A DNA stretch of 20,000 nt from an uncultured virus (IMG/VR IMGVR_UViG_3300027739_000008) (IMGVR_UViG_3300027739_000008), one strand, 5' to 3'. Numbered from the stretch's first letter, positions 1 through 8,752 are shown. Made by a program: numbers and translations. Notes: generated by a model from the sequence alone, not told the origin.

Positions 1-1
1 T

Positions 2-1054
2 AAAGACGTTGTTATCGGGGTAATACCGGATCTTTTGATCCGTGCCGGTGCGGAACGGTTCGTCGGCGGAGAGCCGGTTTCCGGGACCGCGATCATATCG
101 GCGTTATCTGAAGTACCAGTCCGTTGCTATGCCCTCGACGAATACGGCCGGTATCTTTCAGGGGTAAACAATAAAAATGCGAACCCGAATAAAATAGAGA
201 TCGGTGACGTGCTCACGAAAATCTGGTCATGCTCGAATAAGCCGTATACTGGAAAGGAACGGGCGGACCGGAAAACAAACAAACAGCTTATTATTAGATC
301 CCCTTTCGTCGTCGTGAACGGTGTCACGGTCCCGGATCGCTTTTGGTCGGCGATTACTTCGATGGACGCTTCGGACGGATTCCTTGGTCGGTATATCGTG
401 CTCAATTCTCCGGATTACGCGAAAACGCTTTTCCCGGAACATGGTGCACCCCCCGCGTCACTCATCGACAAACTGAAGAGCCTTTATGAGTTTTTCCCGC
501 AATCGGGGAATTTGGCCTCGGTGTATTCCCCGGAAATCGAGATTGACCCGGTTGTTATTGTCCCGAGTCCCGACGCGCGGGAAATGTGGGAAGAGCTCGC
601 GGAAAAGTATTCCCGGATAGCTTTCGAGAAAAAGGCATTTTCCAGTATTTATAACCGCGTCGCTGAAAATGCGATGAAACTCGCGATGATCTACGCTACT
701 GCGCGGGACTACAAAAAGCCGTCTATGACTCTTGAGGCGATGAGCTGGGGGGCTTCTTTGGCGATATGGTCCGCCGAGACGATCGTCGAGCAGATTCAAC
801 GGTGCGTCGCGGATAACGAAAACGAAAAGCTTTTCAAGGAAATTATTGCACTTATTCAGGATGCAGGACCCGAAGGGGTTCCCCCGTCGGTACTCATTCA
901 ACGCAAGGGACTGGGAAAAGGAGGGTTTGCTTGGAAGGACATAATGGCTCAAATTGAGGCGTCAGGATCGGTATTTTTGCAGACTAAAAAGCCTGAGGGA
1001 TCGGGAAGGCCGTCGACTCGATGGGTCGCAGCCGAGTTTTTTCAAGCTGAATAA
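2..1054 (+). CDS. DUF3987 (YfjI-like) P-loop helicase domain, C-terminal part of a phage primase-helicase; 5'-truncated by the window
   Basis: The frame is open from base 2 (KDVVIGVIPDLLIRAG...), which may be the tail of a Walker A GKD. Walker B-like CYALDE and the DGFLGRY motif are present, and the protein ends in a wHTH-like GRPSTRW. An AT-rich repeat region follows. Confidence 0.7.
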   Translation, partial: KDVVIGVIPDLLIRAGAERFVGGEPVSGTAIISALSEVPVRCYALDEYGRYLSGVNNKNANPNKIEIGDVLTKIWSCSNKPYTGKERADRKTNKQLIIRSPFVVVNGVTVPDRFWSAITSMDASDGFLGRYIVLNSPDYAKTLFPEHGAPPASLIDKLKSLYEFFPQSGNLASVYSPEIEIDPVVIVPSPDAREMWEELAEKYSRIAFEKKAFSSIYNRVAENAMKLAMIYATARDYKKPSMTLEAMSWGASLAIWSAETIVEQIQRCVADNENEKLFKEIIALIQDAGPEGVPPSVLIQRKGLGKGGFAWKDIMAQIEASGSVFLQTKKPEGSGRPSTRWVAAEFFQAE

Positions 1055-1327
1055 ATTATTTTTTAAACTAATAATTTATTCATGTATCCAATAATTTATT
1101 ATCCGGTATTCTAAAAAACAAAGGATTTCGGGTTTTTAAGGGTAATAAATTATAGTTTATTGAATAAATTATGACATAAAAAATAATTTATTCAAAGAAA
1201 ATAAGTATATGTATGGTAAAGACTTAGATACTGTTTTAATATATATAAATGAATATATTATTATATTATTAGTAATAGTCTATATTTTCACTTTATATAT
1301 ATAGGGGTTGTAATTTATAATTTATTA
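1048..1327. repeat. AT-rich interval with seven copies of ATAATTTATT in both orientations; putative replication origin
   Basis: Copies lie at 1050-1059(-), 1071-1080(+), 1091-1100(+), 1144-1153(-), 1163-1172(-), 1183-1192(+) and 1317-1326(+). Two perfect 13-bp inverted repeats: 1048-1060/1070-1082 and 1160-1172/1183-1195. The interval sits directly after the helicase gene. Confidence 0.65.
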
Positions 1328-1394
1328 GTTTTGACACTAAGTGTATGAAAAAAGACACACTTTATTTTTATACCGAAAAGGAGTAAACTAAATC

Positions 1395-1625
1395 ATGGTT
1401 CAAAGAATTTGTATCAAAGCGCAATCGTGTAAAACAGCGCCCTCTTGCCAGCATGGTCGCCCGCATAACCCTTGCCCTGACTGCGAGGTTCGCGAGTGTT
1501 TTGTCGGCGGGCAGGTGAGGTGCAAGCCGTATGTCGAGAAAAAAGGGGGAGATAACGACTGGCAAGATAACGAGGTTCACCCGGACGATCAGGGGCTTGA
1601 ACGCGGATATGGTGGCAAGCCGTGA
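1395..1625 (+). CDS. Small Cys/His-rich hypothetical protein, possibly Zn-binding
   Basis: AAGGAG RBS at about 1378-1383. Seven Cys and two His in the first 43 aa, including CPDC. The stop overlaps the next GTG start (GTGA). Confidence 0.6.
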   Translation: MVQRICIKAQSCKTAPSCQHGRPHNPCPDCEVRECFVGGQVRCKPYVEKKGGDNDWQDNEVHPDDQGLERGYGGKP

Positions 1626-1984
1626 CAAAAACTCGTAATTACGCCGAATCCCGGCTACAAGCTGAAGCAGTAAAAGAACTATCTCTCCTAGGTGTTTATG
1701 TAATGCAAATACCTAACGGCGAGATTGCCAATATGTCAAAAAAGAAGTTCGCCCGACTGGTTGCCATGGGATTCCGCAAGGGTGCTTGGGACACGCTTTT
1801 GTTAGAACGCAATAAAAACCGTTTTTTCGGTCTTGAGTTTAAACAGCCGGGAGAAGAGCAGCTTCCTTCTCAAAAAGCTTTCGAGCAAGTTTGTATCGCA
1901 AATAATTGGCCGTACAAAATAGCGGAGACGGTGGAGCAGGCTATCGAGTCGGCGAAAGAATGGGGATTGATTAAGGGTATTTGA
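1622..1984 (+). CDS. VRR-NUC family PD-(D/E)XK nuclease (Holliday junction resolvase-like)
   Basis: Motif series ESRLQ ... IPNG ... GFRKGAWD ... GLEFK ... SQKAF; 120 aa; typical position upstream of terS. Confidence 0.85.
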   Translation: MTKTRNYAESRLQAEAVKELSLLGVYVMQIPNGEIANMSKKKFARLVAMGFRKGAWDTLLLERNKNRFFGLEFKQPGEEQLPSQKAFEQVCIANNWPYKIAETVEQAIESAKEWGLIKGI

Positions 1985-2009
1985 CAAGAAATTGTTATAG
2001 TGTTATGAT
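1981..2009 (+). promoter_or_regulatory. Sigma70-type promoter for the HNH-AP2 gene
   Basis: TTGACA (1981-1986), a 17-bp spacer, then TATGAT (2004-2009) with an extended -10 TG at 2001-2002. GGGAG RBS precedes ATG 2032. Confidence 0.75.
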
Positions 2010-2031
2010 TTTTATAACAAACGGGAGAAAT

Positions 2032-2580
2032 ATGAAGATCATAAAAATATCTGGGTTTGAAGTTATTATCGATGACGAAGATTTTGAAAGAATTAAAAAA
2101 CTTGGCTGGTATGTTCAAAAAAATCAAGACTATAAAGACGGACGATTTTATTTTAATGCGGAAGTATTTATAAACGATAAAAGAACGGTAACAAAATTAC
2201 ACCGTTTTATAATGGGTTGTCAGGTTGGAGATAAAAAGCAAATAGATCATATAAACGGAAATACTCTTGATAACAGAAAAGAGAATTTAAGATTTTGTAC
2301 AAACAGTGAAAACATGGCAAATAAAAAGTTAATATCAAAAAACAATAAATCAGGATATAAAGGTGTTAGTGTTGCAGGAAAGAAGTGGAAGGCGACGGTA
2401 TATGTAAACTCAAAAGCATATAATTTGGGATACTTTGTAGATCCAAAAGAAGCAGCTAAGGAATACGATAATATGGTCAGATTCACCCACGGTCGATTTG
2501 CTCGCGTTAATTTCCCTGATGAAAAATATGATGAAGAAAAAGCTATTAAAATAGCTAAGGGGTGGGGATTATGCCGGTAG
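2032..2580 (+). CDS. HNH endonuclease with C-terminal AP2 DNA-binding domain (free-standing homing endonuclease type)
   Basis: HNH motif LHRFIM...IDHINGNTLDNRKENLR, then AP2-like NKSGYKGV...WKA...LGYF...EAAKEYD...FARVNF. AT-rich relative to the flanks. Start moved to ATG 2032 on the basis of the RBS. Confidence 0.9.
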   Translation: MKIIKISGFEVIIDDEDFERIKKLGWYVQKNQDYKDGRFYFNAEVFINDKRTVTKLHRFIMGCQVGDKKQIDHINGNTLDNRKENLRFCTNSENMANKKLISKNNKSGYKGVSVAGKKWKATVYVNSKAYNLGYFVDPKEAAKEYDNMVRFTHGRFARVNFPDEKYDEEKAIKIAKGWGLCR

Positions 2581-3149
2581 CGAAGAAGAAAAGAACTGGC
2601 GGTAAAGTCACGAAAGAAAGGGATCATGAACAAAATATATTTTTTCATGAACAGAACGCAAACGAAATTGCTGAATATTTATATCCGCATTATAAATCAT
2701 TTGAAAAATGCGTCATTCTTGATGCCTGTTCAGGACTTGGGGTTTTGGGAAATGCTTTTTCAAAACGAACAGGTAAAACAATGGTTTTCTTTTATGACAA
2801 AAAAGACGGTGCTGATATATTAAAAGCAGCCGGGGAATACGACCTTATTGTTTGCAATCCTCCTTGGAGGCTTTCGGAAGCGTTGCCAATATATGAGCAT
2901 CTTTTAAATTTGCTTTCTCCAAACGGCATACTTTTTTTTATTATAAATAATGTTTTTTGTTATCAGGGTTCGGATCGGGCGGAAAAACTTTGTTTCCAAA
3001 AATATTATTTTCTCCCTCGATGGACGTTCAAGCCCGCCGGTAGGCCTTTGCTTGATTGCGGGGTAATGGTTTATCATAAAAACGGGATTATCCCTCAGGA
3101 AGCGGCAAACCTTAGGCCGTATATTCCGTTAAAAAAGGTGGAAAAATAA
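2571..3149 (+). CDS. Small orphan SAM-dependent amino-methyltransferase (N6-adenine DNA MTase-like)
   Basis: Motif I ILDACSGLG precedes motif IV VCNPPW, followed by LSPNGILFFI. 192 aa from ATG 2571; AT-rich. Confidence 0.8.
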   Translation: MPVAKKKRTGGKVTKERDHEQNIFFHEQNANEIAEYLYPHYKSFEKCVILDACSGLGVLGNAFSKRTGKTMVFFYDKKDGADILKAAGEYDLIVCNPPWRLSEALPIYEHLLNLLSPNGILFFIINNVFCYQGSDRAEKLCFQKYYFLPRWTFKPAGRPLLDCGVMVYHKNGIIPQEAANLRPYIPLKKVEK

Positions 3150-3707
3150 ATGCCGACGCCGAAACAAAAGGCAAAAACTATGCTCGAAACCAAGGCGAAC
3201 CGGGAAGCGTTCGTTCGGGCATACATCGATAACGATTTCAAAGACGCATCAAAAGTGTATGAAAAAGTATACGGTTGCTCGGCAAAGTCGGCGGTTTCTG
3301 CCGCGTCTCGTCTGTTGAAAGACGTCAATATCCAAGAGATGATGGCGGCGGAACTGGCCGAGACCATGAAGATAGCGCGCATTCCCCTTGAGAAGCGAGT
3401 GGTCGATACGTGGATGAAGCGCGCGTTCTATGACGTCGCCGATATCGTCGATACACAAGGCGCGCTGAAGCACGATATGGACGAGCTGAAACGTCTCGGC
3501 CTCTCCGTCTGCATCGACGGGATCGACGTGAAGCCGGACAAGGACGGCGGGGAGCACTACGTCTATAAACTCGCAGACCGGGACAAGGCGCTTGAAATGC
3601 TCCAAAAGTACGCGCAGATTATCAAGCCGTTCGACGCGCGGGTCTCGGGCTCGGAGAATGCCGGGGCGTTCGTGGTAGAGTTTTTGAAGACGGGCTCCCA
3701 TGATTAA
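3150..3707 (+). CDS. terS: Terminase small subunit
   Basis: N-terminal HTH-like AFVRAYI...AASRLLKDVNI and C-terminal YKLADRDKALEML, both typical of phage TerS; upstream of terL. Confidence 0.85.
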   Translation: MPTPKQKAKTMLETKANREAFVRAYIDNDFKDASKVYEKVYGCSAKSAVSAASRLLKDVNIQEMMAAELAETMKIARIPLEKRVVDTWMKRAFYDVADIVDTQGALKHDMDELKRLGLSVCIDGIDVKPDKDGGEHYVYKLADRDKALEMLQKYAQIIKPFDARVSGSENAGAFVVEFLKTGSHD

Positions 3708-4380
3708 CATGATTCACGCTGACTGCATGGTCGAAATGGCGAAAATGAAAGATAAAGAGTTCAATCTGGCAATTGTCGATCCGCCGTATGGGATACAAAA
3801 AGGCAATTTAACCGGATTCAAGAAAAAAACAATTCAGCATGAACAATCAGAAAAATGCGCCGAATGGGATACTCGCCCGGATAGTTCTTATTTTAAAGAG
3901 CTTTTTCGTGTTTCAAAAAACCAAATTATATGGGGAATGCAGTATTTTACCGCCGATCTTCCTGATTTTTCACAGCCGATAATATGGGATAAAAAAACAG
4001 GTGAAAATTATTTTGCCGACGCCGAATTGGCTTACTGCTCAATTCCGGGAACTGCAAGAATATTTCAACACCAATGGTGTGGTGCGTTTAAAGATTCTGA
4101 GCGTGGAGAAAAAGCAGTACACGTTAATCAGAAACCCGTCGCCCTCTACAAATGGCTTCTTTCGCGCTATGCCAAACCCGGCGACAAGATTCTCGATACG
4201 CACGGCGGATCCGGCTCAATTTGTATCGCCTGCCACGATCTAGGATATGATTTGACGTGGATGGAACTCGACGCCGATTATTACAAGGCAGCCTGTGCTC
4301 GTTACCAGCTCCACGCCGCGCAAGCCTCATTATTCGCACCCGCCGAAATCCGGCAACCGGTACAGGTGAATTTGCTATAA
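3700..4380 (+). CDS. Beta-class N4/N6 DNA methyltransferase (orphan)
   Basis: LAIVDPPYG (motif IV) is near the N-terminus; HVNQKPVALY and ILDTHGGSGS (motif I) are near the C-terminus. Confidence 0.92.
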   Translation: MINMIHADCMVEMAKMKDKEFNLAIVDPPYGIQKGNLTGFKKKTIQHEQSEKCAEWDTRPDSSYFKELFRVSKNQIIWGMQYFTADLPDFSQPIIWDKKTGENYFADAELAYCSIPGTARIFQHQWCGAFKDSERGEKAVHVNQKPVALYKWLLSRYAKPGDKILDTHGGSGSICIACHDLGYDLTWMELDADYYKAACARYQLHAAQASLFAPAEIRQPVQVNLL

Positions 4381-5621
4381 TGCCCCGAATCCAGATCAAC
4401 GCCGTTTATCAACAGTTTTTCCACAAGAACCGGCTACGCGATGACGTCCGCTATTTCGAGGTCTATGGCGGCCGGCGTAGCGCGAAATCTTTTGACACGG
4501 TGCAAGCTATCTGCCTCACCATCATGCAGGAGCCGGGGCATTTTGTGGTCGCGATCCGAAAGGTCGGCGCGACGCTCAAGGATTCCGTCTTTTCGGAGTA
4601 CGCGGACTTTTTCAGGCGTAACGGCATAAAGGTCGCGATAAACAAGACCGACAAGGAAATAGGCCTTCCTAATGGCTCGCGTATCCGGTGTTTCGGCCTG
4701 GATGACGCGGAAAAGCTGAAATCCCTCAAGGGAGCGACGATTATCCACTTCGAGGAAGCCAACGAAATCAGCGAAAACGACTTTGATTCCGTGGATGCCG
4801 GACTCTCGCCGAATAATTACCCGGCACGCATTTTCTTAACTCATAACCCAGTCCCGCAAATCCCCGGCTCTATGCACTGGCTACAACGGCGTTTTTTACA
4901 GGTTCCGCACACATTATCCACAGCGGTCATCGATAAAAAGACGAACGCCCTTATTCTCCGCACGTGGTACAAGGACAATGCATTTTGCCCCGAGGCGTCC
5001 CGGAAGGTGCTCGAAGGCTATAAAGAGACAAACCCGGAAAAGTACAAGCTCTGGGCGCTCGGGGAGTTCACGAAGCTGGAAGGATGCGTTTTTACGCGGT
5101 GGGATGTTGTCGCGGGGATTCCTGAAGGCGTGGATTGTACGGGGGTTGGGCTTGACTTTGGTTTCTCCAACGACCCCTCGGCTTCCGTCCGTGTTTGGGT
5201 GCGAGAAGGGACACGCGAGATATGGGTTAAACAATTAGTTTACAAAACAGACCTTTTCAATGATGCCTTATATGCGGAATTGGTCGCGGCGGGCGTCGAG
5301 CCGTATGAAACGGTTATAGCTGATAGTGCTCGACCGGATATAATTTCCGATCTGTATCGTCAAGGAATCGGCGGAATTCGCGGGGTAAAGAAAAAAACAA
5401 ATTACAAAGAAGACGTAGCAACTCGATTGCAGGGTTATACAATACACGTCGTCGAAGGGTCAACAGACCTGATTCGCGAAATATCGACCTACGCTTGGGC
5501 GCGGGACAAGAACGGGAATCAGATACCGAAACTACAAGACGGGGATGACCATTGCATCGACTGTATAACCATGGTCGCCACAGAAATGATCGGGGAAGTT
5601 TCGATCCTCGATGTTATATGA
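4380..5621 (+). CDS. terL: Terminase large subunit, PBSX family
   Basis: Walker A YGGRRSAKS, GLDDAEKLKS, Walker B IHFEEA, THNP, and nuclease motifs GLDFGFSNDP and DDHCID. ATG 4380 overlaps the MTase stop (TAATG). Confidence 0.95.
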   Translation: MPRIQINAVYQQFFHKNRLRDDVRYFEVYGGRRSAKSFDTVQAICLTIMQEPGHFVVAIRKVGATLKDSVFSEYADFFRRNGIKVAINKTDKEIGLPNGSRIRCFGLDDAEKLKSLKGATIIHFEEANEISENDFDSVDAGLSPNNYPARIFLTHNPVPQIPGSMHWLQRRFLQVPHTLSTAVIDKKTNALILRTWYKDNAFCPEASRKVLEGYKETNPEKYKLWALGEFTKLEGCVFTRWDVVAGIPEGVDCTGVGLDFGFSNDPSASVRVWVREGTREIWVKQLVYKTDLFNDALYAELVAAGVEPYETVIADSARPDIISDLYRQGIGGIRGVKKKTNYKEDVATRLQGYTIHVVEGSTDLIREISTYAWARDKNGNQIPKLQDGDDHCIDCITMVATEMIGEVSILDVI

Positions 5622-7081
5622 CGTCACTTGATAATTTTATCAAACCGGAGGATACTGAGACCATGTCCAAACCAAAACACGCGCGAACGCAGATAAATAA
5701 CTCCCTGACCGATCTTTCCGGCCTCTTGGGGGCGGCGGCAACCGGTGGCTCGGCACTCTCGGGCTACAACACCATCGGGTTTTCCAATAATTATTCACTC
5801 GTTACCCTCAACCGCATAATCCTGACGTATTTCTACGCGGGGAACGGACTCTTTCAGACCGCCGTGCAACTTCCCATCCAGGATGCATTAGCGAAGGGTA
5901 TCAAGATCGAGTCCGGCGAACTTGCCCCGGAAGAGATCGACCAGATACTTGACTGGTTCGAGTCTCATAACGTATTTGCCGCGCTTGAGAACTTCTGGAC
6001 GTGGGTGCGTGTCTACGGAGGCGGGGCGCTCATTATCAATACCGACCAAGACCCCGAGGAGCCGCTCAATTACAAGCGGCTCAAGAACTCGCCGATAGAG
6101 TTCTATGACGTGGACCGCTGGCAGTTATCCGTCTCGGGTACGGAAATGAATTCCATCATGGAATATGACGACATGACCAACTCGGACGAGTTTTACCTTA
6201 ACGGGCAGAAAATCGACCGATCCCGCGTCATCATCGGGCAGGGCAAGCGTGCGCCGTCGTATATCCGCCGTATCCTGCGCGGCTGGGGAATGAGCGAGCT
6301 TGAGCGCATGATCCGGGATATTCAGCTCTATTTGAAGACCGGCGACGTACTTTTTGAAATCCTAGACGAGTCGAAGCTCGACATTTACCATATCGAGGGA
6401 TTCGCCCAAAAGCTCCTGACGGCCGGCGGAACGCAGTCAATCGCGAACCGCGTCAAAGAAGCCAACAAAATAAAGAACTACACGAACGGGCTTATCCTGG
6501 ACAAGAACGAGGAATTCGAGCAGAAACAACTTTCTTTCGGCGGTCTTGCGGAAGTTATGCGCGAGAACCGGATTGGCGTCGCTTCGGCGCTCAGGATGCC
6601 CATGACGAAACTTTTCGGAATATCCGCGTCGGGTTTCTCGACGGGCGAGTCGGACACGGACAACTATAACGAAATGGTTGAATCCGAGATCCGCATGAAA
6701 ATGCGCCCGGCGATCAGGCAGTGCATTGAATTGGCGTGCGCGAACTTGTGGGGGTATGTACCGTCGTTCCGCTTCACGTTCCCGCCACTCAAGGTTACGC
6801 CGGCGCTCGATCAGGAACAGATTAAGGCGAGCATGACGACCCGGTTGCTCGCGCTTGTTTCGGCTGGGCTTGTGCCGGGAAAGAAGGTTGGCGACGAATT
6901 GGCGGCGGCGGACGCGATATCTGCGGAATTAGCCTCGGCGTTCGTGGATAATCCGATACCACAGGGGACGCCGGAAGGTGCCCCGGATGGCGGAGGGATA
7001 GAGGTGTATAGGGCGGAGAAAGAGGCCAAAAAGAATATGAGTTTGCTCGGGTGGATGAAACAAAAAGATGTTAAGGGTTAA
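5618..7081 (+). CDS. Portal protein (DUF1073-type)
   Basis: Follows terL with an ATGA overlap; an alternative start at ATG 5663 has a GGAGG RBS. Motifs RVYGGG, WGMSEL, MPMTKLFG.S..GFSTGESD..NY; 487 aa. Confidence 0.9.
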   Translation: MTSLDNFIKPEDTETMSKPKHARTQINNSLTDLSGLLGAAATGGSALSGYNTIGFSNNYSLVTLNRIILTYFYAGNGLFQTAVQLPIQDALAKGIKIESGELAPEEIDQILDWFESHNVFAALENFWTWVRVYGGGALIINTDQDPEEPLNYKRLKNSPIEFYDVDRWQLSVSGTEMNSIMEYDDMTNSDEFYLNGQKIDRSRVIIGQGKRAPSYIRRILRGWGMSELERMIRDIQLYLKTGDVLFEILDESKLDIYHIEGFAQKLLTAGGTQSIANRVKEANKIKNYTNGLILDKNEEFEQKQLSFGGLAEVMRENRIGVASALRMPMTKLFGISASGFSTGESDTDNYNEMVESEIRMKMRPAIRQCIELACANLWGYVPSFRFTFPPLKVTPALDQEQIKASMTTRLLALVSAGLVPGKKVGDELAAADAISAELASAFVDNPIPQGTPEGAPDGGGIEVYRAEKEAKKNMSLLGWMKQKDVKG

Positions 7082-7976
7082 AGATTCCTATTTCTCCGAC
7101 ACCGACGACCATCTCCGGCGCGTGTTCTACGAAACGTACTTCGCGCCACTCTTGGCCGCGATACCCCGCGCACCGAAACTGAACGCCTCAAGCAACGCCC
7201 TGTTATCTGCACTGTCTTCCGGTCGCGTCATTTACAAGGACGGCGTTTTCTCAGGCAGTTTTAATGCCAGTATTTCAATGAACTTGGCTGCATTCGCTAA
7301 ATTCGACCGCCATACAAAAAAATGGTACGGGCGGCCACCGGCCTCGGTGTTGGCCTCGGCGATTATGGCGAACGACAAGCGGGCGGAGTTAATCCGACAA
7401 GTTAATCAGGCAATCGACGAACTCGCCAAAAAAGCCGACGAAACCATCAAAACGCTCTCTTTTTCGATGGATTTACCGCTGTTCAGCATGAATCAGGACG
7501 TTATCGAGACCTTGCCCATCGGGATACGCCCCACGCTTGATAGCAGGACGGCAGAGAAACTTCGCAAAGATTATACCGAATCTCAGCGGCTGAACGTCAA
7601 AAGCTGGACGCCCGAGCAAGTCGTGCGCCTCCGCGAGATGGTCGAACGGTATCAGACGTCGGAAACAAACGAATCCCTGACCGATATGATTATGAAGGAA
7701 TGGGACGTATCCGCAAACAAGGCTAACTTTTTGGCCCGGCAAGAAACGTCGCTTTTTTTCTCGAAGTTCTCGATGAACCGCGCGTCCTCGGCGGGGGTGC
7801 GAAAATACCGCTGGTCGACGTCGCACGATGGAAGGGTGCGCGAAAGGCACAAGGAACTCAACGGGACAATTCATTCCGTGGATGATCCGCCTGTGGTCGA
7901 TTTGAAGACGGGACGGCGTGCGCATCCGGGTTGTGATTTTGGCTGTAGGTGTAGCGCAATATGGGTATTAGATTAG
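7068..7976 (+). CDS. Minor head (head morphogenesis) protein, Mu gpF / SPP1 gp7 family
   Basis: ARQET...YRWSTSHDGRVRERH..LNG...HPG.DFGCRC motif; located after the portal. Confidence 0.92.
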   Translation: MLRVKDSYFSDTDDHLRRVFYETYFAPLLAAIPRAPKLNASSNALLSALSSGRVIYKDGVFSGSFNASISMNLAAFAKFDRHTKKWYGRPPASVLASAIMANDKRAELIRQVNQAIDELAKKADETIKTLSFSMDLPLFSMNQDVIETLPIGIRPTLDSRTAEKLRKDYTESQRLNVKSWTPEQVVRLREMVERYQTSETNESLTDMIMKEWDVSANKANFLARQETSLFFSKFSMNRASSAGVRKYRWSTSHDGRVRERHKELNGTIHSVDDPPVVDLKTGRRAHPGCDFGCRCSAIWVLD

Positions 7977-8644
7977 GGACGATTATAGAAACGTCCTTCG
8001 GCTTCTATTTCGCAGTTTTTATTTATAACGCGAAATTCTCCCGGAGTTCTTTTTATATCAAATTCTGATAAATAGCTTTGTACATAATCCGCATGTTTTT
8101 CTGATAAATCAGACAAAGAGCGAAGTCTAATATATAAAACAGCCCAGCCGGTATGAGTAAGAAATTCTATTTTATTTCTGTCTAGCTTTCTTGTTAACGG
8201 GCTTGCCGTGTGAAAGAGCAATTCAACTGCTATAGGTTGAAAAGAAAAATCAATATTGAATTGCTCATATGCGAATTGTCTAACTGGTTTTAATCCGCGA
8301 GATAAAAGCATTTGATATAATTCGTCTTCACCTTTGCCAATGTAAATGCCAGAGGACTGACGTTGTATCGCTCGCTCTCTTAATTCTTGAATAGGCCTTT
8401 TTACGCCACGAACAGCATCATGAGCAGAATTTGTTAAAAGAATACGTTCTTCTGTCGTGGTTTTTCCCATTCGCGTATACATTCCTTCGCTTCTATTTCT
8501 GATTTTAATATTATGCTTTTTTAATATCCTGTTTATTACATTTCGATCAACATCAAATCTTAAAGAAAGGGATTTGCAAGATTCTCCGGCCACGTATGAC
8601 TCTGTTATGTCTTTTTCATCAAGGCTATTGTTTGTGTTCCACAT
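7973..8644 (-). CDS. HTH plus DUF559/Vsr-like PD-(D/E)XK endonuclease, free-standing and antisense
   Basis: N-terminal HTH-like YVAGESCKSLSLRFDVDRNVINRILKK. C-terminal EDELYQML..RQF..FNIDF..IAVEL..DRNKIEFL..GWAVLYI pattern. AT-rich. Start moved to ATG 8644 from the promoter position. Confidence 0.72.
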   Translation of the reverse strand: MWNTNNSLDEKDITESYVAGESCKSLSLRFDVDRNVINRILKKHNIKIRNRSEGMYTRMGKTTTEERILLTNSAHDAVRGVKRPIQELRERAIQRQSSGIYIGKGEDELYQMLLSRGLKPVRQFAYEQFNIDFSFQPIAVELLFHTASPLTRKLDRNKIEFLTHTGWAVLYIRLRSLSDLSEKHADYVQSYLSEFDIKRTPGEFRVINKNCEIEAEGRFYNRP

Positions 8645-8650
8645 AAGTAA

Positions 8651-8679
8651 AGTATATACGCAATGGCATAAAATGTCAA
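8651..8679 (-). promoter_or_regulatory. Sigma70-type promoter for the antisense endonuclease (leaderless)
   Basis: On the minus strand: TTGACA (8679-8674), 17 bp, TATACT (8656-8651), 6 nt, then ATG 8644. Confidence 0.8.
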
Positions 8680-8717
8680 TGCGTAGCGAATGAGGTATTA
8701 CGATATATCGCCCCACG

Positions 8718-8746
8718 TTGACAAATCCCGATAAACAACGGATTAT
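8718..8746 (+). promoter_or_regulatory. Promoter for the protease/capsid operon (probably leaderless)
   Basis: TTGACA (8718-8723), 17 bp, GATTAT (8741-8746), 6 nt, then ATG 8753. No SD sequence precedes the ATG. Confidence 0.6.
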
Positions 8747-8752
8747 ATACTA

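Noticed and set aside
1048..1327. CRISPR array
   Set aside because: The repeats are only 10-13 bp, occur in both orientations and are irregularly spaced, and no cas genes are present.
1331..1361. Sigma70 promoter at TTGACA 1331
   Set aside because: There is no acceptable -10 box at 16-18 bp spacing, so I did not call it.
4257..4379. Upstream starts in the ORF track for terL (4257), portal (5552), MCP (10261), HNH (1981) and the antisense nuclease (8716)
   Set aside because: They overlap upstream genes or promoters. The downstream starts have RBSs, stop-start coupling or promoter support.
1622..4380. Restriction-modification system formed from the nucleases and methyltransferases
   Set aside because: VRR-NUC and HNH-AP2 are common phage resolvase and homing families, and nothing links them to the MTases as cognate restriction enzymes.
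5618..7081. Possible anti-CBASS Acb1 label, which is sometimes given to DUF1073 proteins
   Set aside because: Size and position after terL indicate a portal, and I see no appended 2H-phosphoesterase domain.
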